Assembly: GCA_045594145.1 (NCBI GenBank)
Contig: JAZNYA010000147.1
Coordinates: 1-35,344, forward strand
DNA: 35,344 nt
Direction: 5' to 3'
From: Candidatus Stercoripulliclostridium sp.
Lineage (GTDB): Bacteria; Bacillota; Clostridia; Christensenellales; DTU072
The notes beneath the pieces were generated by a model, which was not told the DNA's origin, did not search any database, and saw only the letters and a program-made list of their open reading frames with translations. The first letter of the stretch is position 1; each line of letters starts with the position of its first letter. Positions 33,183 through 35,344 of this stretch are shown here, one piece after another. The translations under genes were made by a program, and so were the position numbers.

Positions 33183-33521
33183 TTATTCTTCAAAAACAAC
33201 CACTTCATCTATACTTACATCTGCAAGTTGGCAGTAGAATAATAGGTCTTCGTATGAAACCATAGTCTTATTTCTTTCCCAATTGTTAATTACGCTTTCC
33301 GAAACGTTAAAAACTTCTGCGAGTTCGGCTCTACTGATGCTGTTGTCCATTTCATATCTGCATTCATCGCAGTTTTCACTACATTCTTCCAAGTGTAGAG
33401 CTAGTTCTTTGCATACTCTTTTACGCAAAGTAATATTATCTTTTCTTAATAAATATAAATTTTTGCTTGTCTTTTTCCAATCTATAACGTATTTTCTTTT
33501 CATCTTTCGTTTCTTCTCCAC
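33183..33521 (-). CDS. XRE/Cro-C1-type HTH protein with a Cys-containing insertion
   Basis: 112 aa. The HTH core is ISRAELAEVFNVSESVINNWERNKTMVSYEDLLFYCQLADVSIDEV. The usual first helix (KNLYLLRKDN) is separated from the core by ~35 aa containing ECSENCDEC. The track start is GTG 33521; an alternative ATG lies at 33503. Upstream promoter is TTGAAA-17-TAAAAT. Confidence 0.6.
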   Translation of the reverse strand: MEKKRKMKRKYVIDWKKTSKNLYLLRKDNITLRKRVCKELALHLEECSENCDECRYEMDNSISRAELAEVFNVSESVINNWERNKTMVSYEDLLFYCQLADVSIDEVVVFEE

Positions 33522-33645
33522 TTAAAGTACGTATATTATTTTATCATATTTATATTACGTTTTCAATACCCAATTTCCACCATCCACGCAACTTTAATTA
33601 TGCTTTCTAGCGTAGGGCTATAAGATGACTTTGGGAACAAACTAT

Positions 33646-33671
33646 AAAAGCACCGCTTTCGCAGTGCTTTT
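33646..33671 (-). terminator. Hairpin terminator after the vWA-like remnant
   Basis: AGCACTGC-gaaa-GCGGTGCT (one mismatch) followed by TTTT on the minus strand, 4 nt after the stop at 33675. Confidence 0.55.
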
Positions 33672-33674
33672 AAA

Positions 33675-33875
33675 TTAAACCTTCACCCTTGCGACCTTAC
33701 CCCAAGGCGGTGTGATGCGGTCGTTGTTTATTAGCCATAGAACCGGAATATCGTTAGTTAATTTTTCAGGCGGAAAGTCTGCTACGCCGTCCGTCAAGAT
33801 AACTATACTGGTCGGCTTTTCTTCCATTTTATTCGTGCTCATTTTACTAAACGTTATGTACCATAAATGCATCAT
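33675..33875 (-). pseudogene. Probable 3' remnant of a VWA-like (DUF2201-type) gene
   Basis: The 66-aa ORF ends in SIVILTDGVADFPPEKLTNDIPVLWLINNDRITPPWGKVARV. This matches my memory of the C-terminus of VWA-like/DUF2201 proteins (..TDG..FP...P.LW......PPxG..). No MIDAS-containing N-terminal part and no RBS are present. Confidence 0.35.
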
Positions 33876-34189
33876 CTTTCGACATATTTCGCATTATATG
33901 GCAACGAAAACTATACGCATGGGCGTGACTCCGCCCACAACGGCTTAAGGTTATATTCTGTTGTTTTTGTGGTTAAAAAATAAAGTGATGTTAGTCCTAA
34001 CACGCTCGCTTTTTTGGGCGTGCGAGATGTATTCTAGCACACGTTTTTATATTTGTAAATAGGGTTTTTAAAAATTTTTCATGTTTCTTTTCATCTCCTA
34101 CCACAATTATACTCTAATTAAAACATGGTTTTCAATGGCATTATCACTTGCATTAGACAACTTTTTTGCAAAAAATACAAGTTTTGGGC

Positions 34190-34219
34190 AAAAAAATCCC
34201 CATAGAACTCTCTATGGGG
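34190..34219 (-). terminator. Rho-independent terminator of the GH4 gene
   Basis: CCCCATAG-agagtt-CTATGGGG perfect 8-bp stem followed by ATTTTTTT on the minus strand, 7 nt after the stop. Confidence 0.8.
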
Positions 34220-34225
34220 AAAATG

Positions 34226-35344
34226 TTATTTGAACTTAGGTAGCCAGTCGCCGTGGGCTTTAATTAAATCATCGCAAAGAGCTTTGATTTTGGGTAGTGA
34301 GAGCTGGTCTCTTGTATGCGGGTCTAGATATGCCGCCATATAAATATATTGTTTCTCTCCCGTTTCAATTGCCTTTAAGACCATATCGTGTACGGCAATG
34401 TGCGTCATATTAAGAGCTGCAAGTTGCTCTGGAAGGGCACCGACAACCTTTGGATTCAAACCGTTAGCATCTATGATTATCGGCACTTCTACGCATGCTG
34501 TTGGTGGTAAATTGGTAATCCAGCCGTCGTTTTGTACGTTACCATAAATCTTGAAAGGCTCGCCCGTCTCGCAAGCTTCTATGATGCGTGAACCATATTC
34601 GTTACTGCGTTCATGCGTAACGTTTCCATCCGCCATTATCTCGTTACGAAGCTTTTTCCAACGTCTTATTTGACTCCTACAACGTCTTGGGTATTCGTCA
34701 ATGGGTATAAAATACTTTAATATTAGGTGTGGATACTTCGATTTTATAAAATATGGATGATATTCCGCCGTATGTTCGCTACTTTCCGTGTTATAGTAAC
34801 CGAATCGATTCATTATCTCCAATCTAACACGGTCGTTTATGGGCTTAACTTCATTAAATCTCTTTTTAAATAGCGGATAAAGGTCGTTCCCTTCTTTATC
34901 GGTTAACGTCAACAGCCAGCACATATGGTTGATACCGCCAAGCGTGTATTCGGCATCATTAAGCTTTTCTTCTTTTAAACGACGATTTACTTGCGAAACA
35001 ACCACTTGGCACGAGTGACACAAGCCTACCGTCTTAATTTTGGTGTATCTTTGCATGTATCCCGACAAAATACTCATGGGATTTGTGTAATTTAATAATA
35101 AGGCATCCGGGCAAACTTTTTCCATAACGTCGGCATAACCCTTCATTACCGGAATAGTACGTAATGCCCTAAATATACCGCCTATACCAATGGTGTCACC
35201 TATAGTTTGTTGTAGCCCATACTTTTTGGGAATTCTAAAATCGGTAACCGTGCAAGGTTTATATCCGCCAACCTGGATGGCATTTATGACGTATTTTGCA
35301 TCTCTAAACGCATCTTCCGTTTGCTTTTCATCCGTGGAAAGATA
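34226..35344 (-). CDS. Glycoside hydrolase family 4 alpha-galactosidase/alpha-glucosidase (5' end outside the window)
   Basis: The frame stays open upstream of the track's Met to the window edge (my translation: ...AIQVGGYKPCTVTDFRIPKKYGLQQTIGDTIGIGGIFRALRTIPVMKGY...). GH4 hallmarks NYTNPMS and VGLCHS are present. Confidence 0.85.
   Translation of the reverse strand, partial: YLSTDEKQTEDAFRDAKYVINAIQVGGYKPCTVTDFRIPKKYGLQQTIGDTIGIGGIFRALRTIPVMKGYADVMEKVCPDALLLNYTNPMSILSGYMQRYTKIKTVGLCHSCQVVVSQVNRRLKEEKLNDAEYTLGGINHMCWLLTLTDKEGNDLYPLFKKRFNEVKPINDRVRLEIMNRFGYYNTESSEHTAEYHPYFIKSKYPHLILKYFIPIDEYPRRCRSQIRRWKKLRNEIMADGNVTHERSNEYGSRIIEACETGEPFKIYGNVQNDGWITNLPPTACVEVPIIIDANGLNPKVVGALPEQLAALNMTHIAVHDMVLKAIETGEKQYIYMAAYLDPHTRDQLSLPKIKALCDDLIKAHGDWLPKFK

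Noticed and set aside
1-35344. Searched by eye for CRISPR arrays, tRNA/rRNA genes, transposase or integrase genes, and long terminal inverted repeats.
   Set aside because: - No regularly spaced repeats were found.
- No GGTTCGAATCC-type T-arms or rRNA-like stretches were found.
- No DDE- or tyrosine-recombinase-like translations appear in the ORF track.
- All large ORFs are accounted for by other families.

Overview
This is a 35.3-kb window from a low-GC, Bacillota-like chromosome. It shows AGGAG-type ribosome-binding sites, lipoprotein lipoboxes and hairpin plus T-run terminators, and 29 of 33 CDS lie on the minus strand. All calls come from motifs read in the supplied translations and in the DNA; no similarity search was possible.

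Positions 1-17.8 kb are ordinary housekeeping or metabolic genes:
- an HxxxD acyltransferase and an Eis-like GNAT
- a birA-bioY operon with a recognisable BirA operator
- a polar amino-acid ABC importer followed by a YerC/TrpR-like gene
- a BMP-family (NupNOPQ-like) nucleoside ABC importer with a coupled Maa-type acetyltransferase
- a PHP-type phosphoesterase
- a compact FAD-oxidoreductase / WYL-regulator / GH43 unit

Positions 17.9-33.9 kb look accessory and conflict-related:
- (i) A translationally coupled four-gene cassette (22999->18385): UDG-superfamily (hypoxanthine-type) DNA glycosylase, xylose-isomerase/AP-endonuclease-fold TIM barrel, TIR-like-NACHT STAND NTPase, and a choline/aminoglycoside-type kinase. 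The kinase's 3' end overlaps a convergent HxGH cytidylyltransferase gene.
- (ii) A membrane-anchored PI-PLC-like protein plus a metallophosphoesterase, and a DEDDh exonuclease.
- (iii) A five-gene operon (32782->26445) with its own promoter and terminator, encoding three vWA proteins, a Ser/Thr kinase with a triple C-terminal repeat, and a PP2C phosphatase fused to a ~430-aa predicted coiled coil. This is a Ter-less, expanded TerY-P-type triad.
- (iv) An XRE-type HTH gene and a vWA-like gene remnant upstream of the operon.

The window ends inside a GH4 glycosidase gene. I saw no rRNA, tRNA, CRISPR array, transposase or integrase. The two best candidates for a novel system are the expanded vWA/kinase/PP2C operon and the glycosylase/TIM-barrel/TIR-NACHT/kinase cassette.
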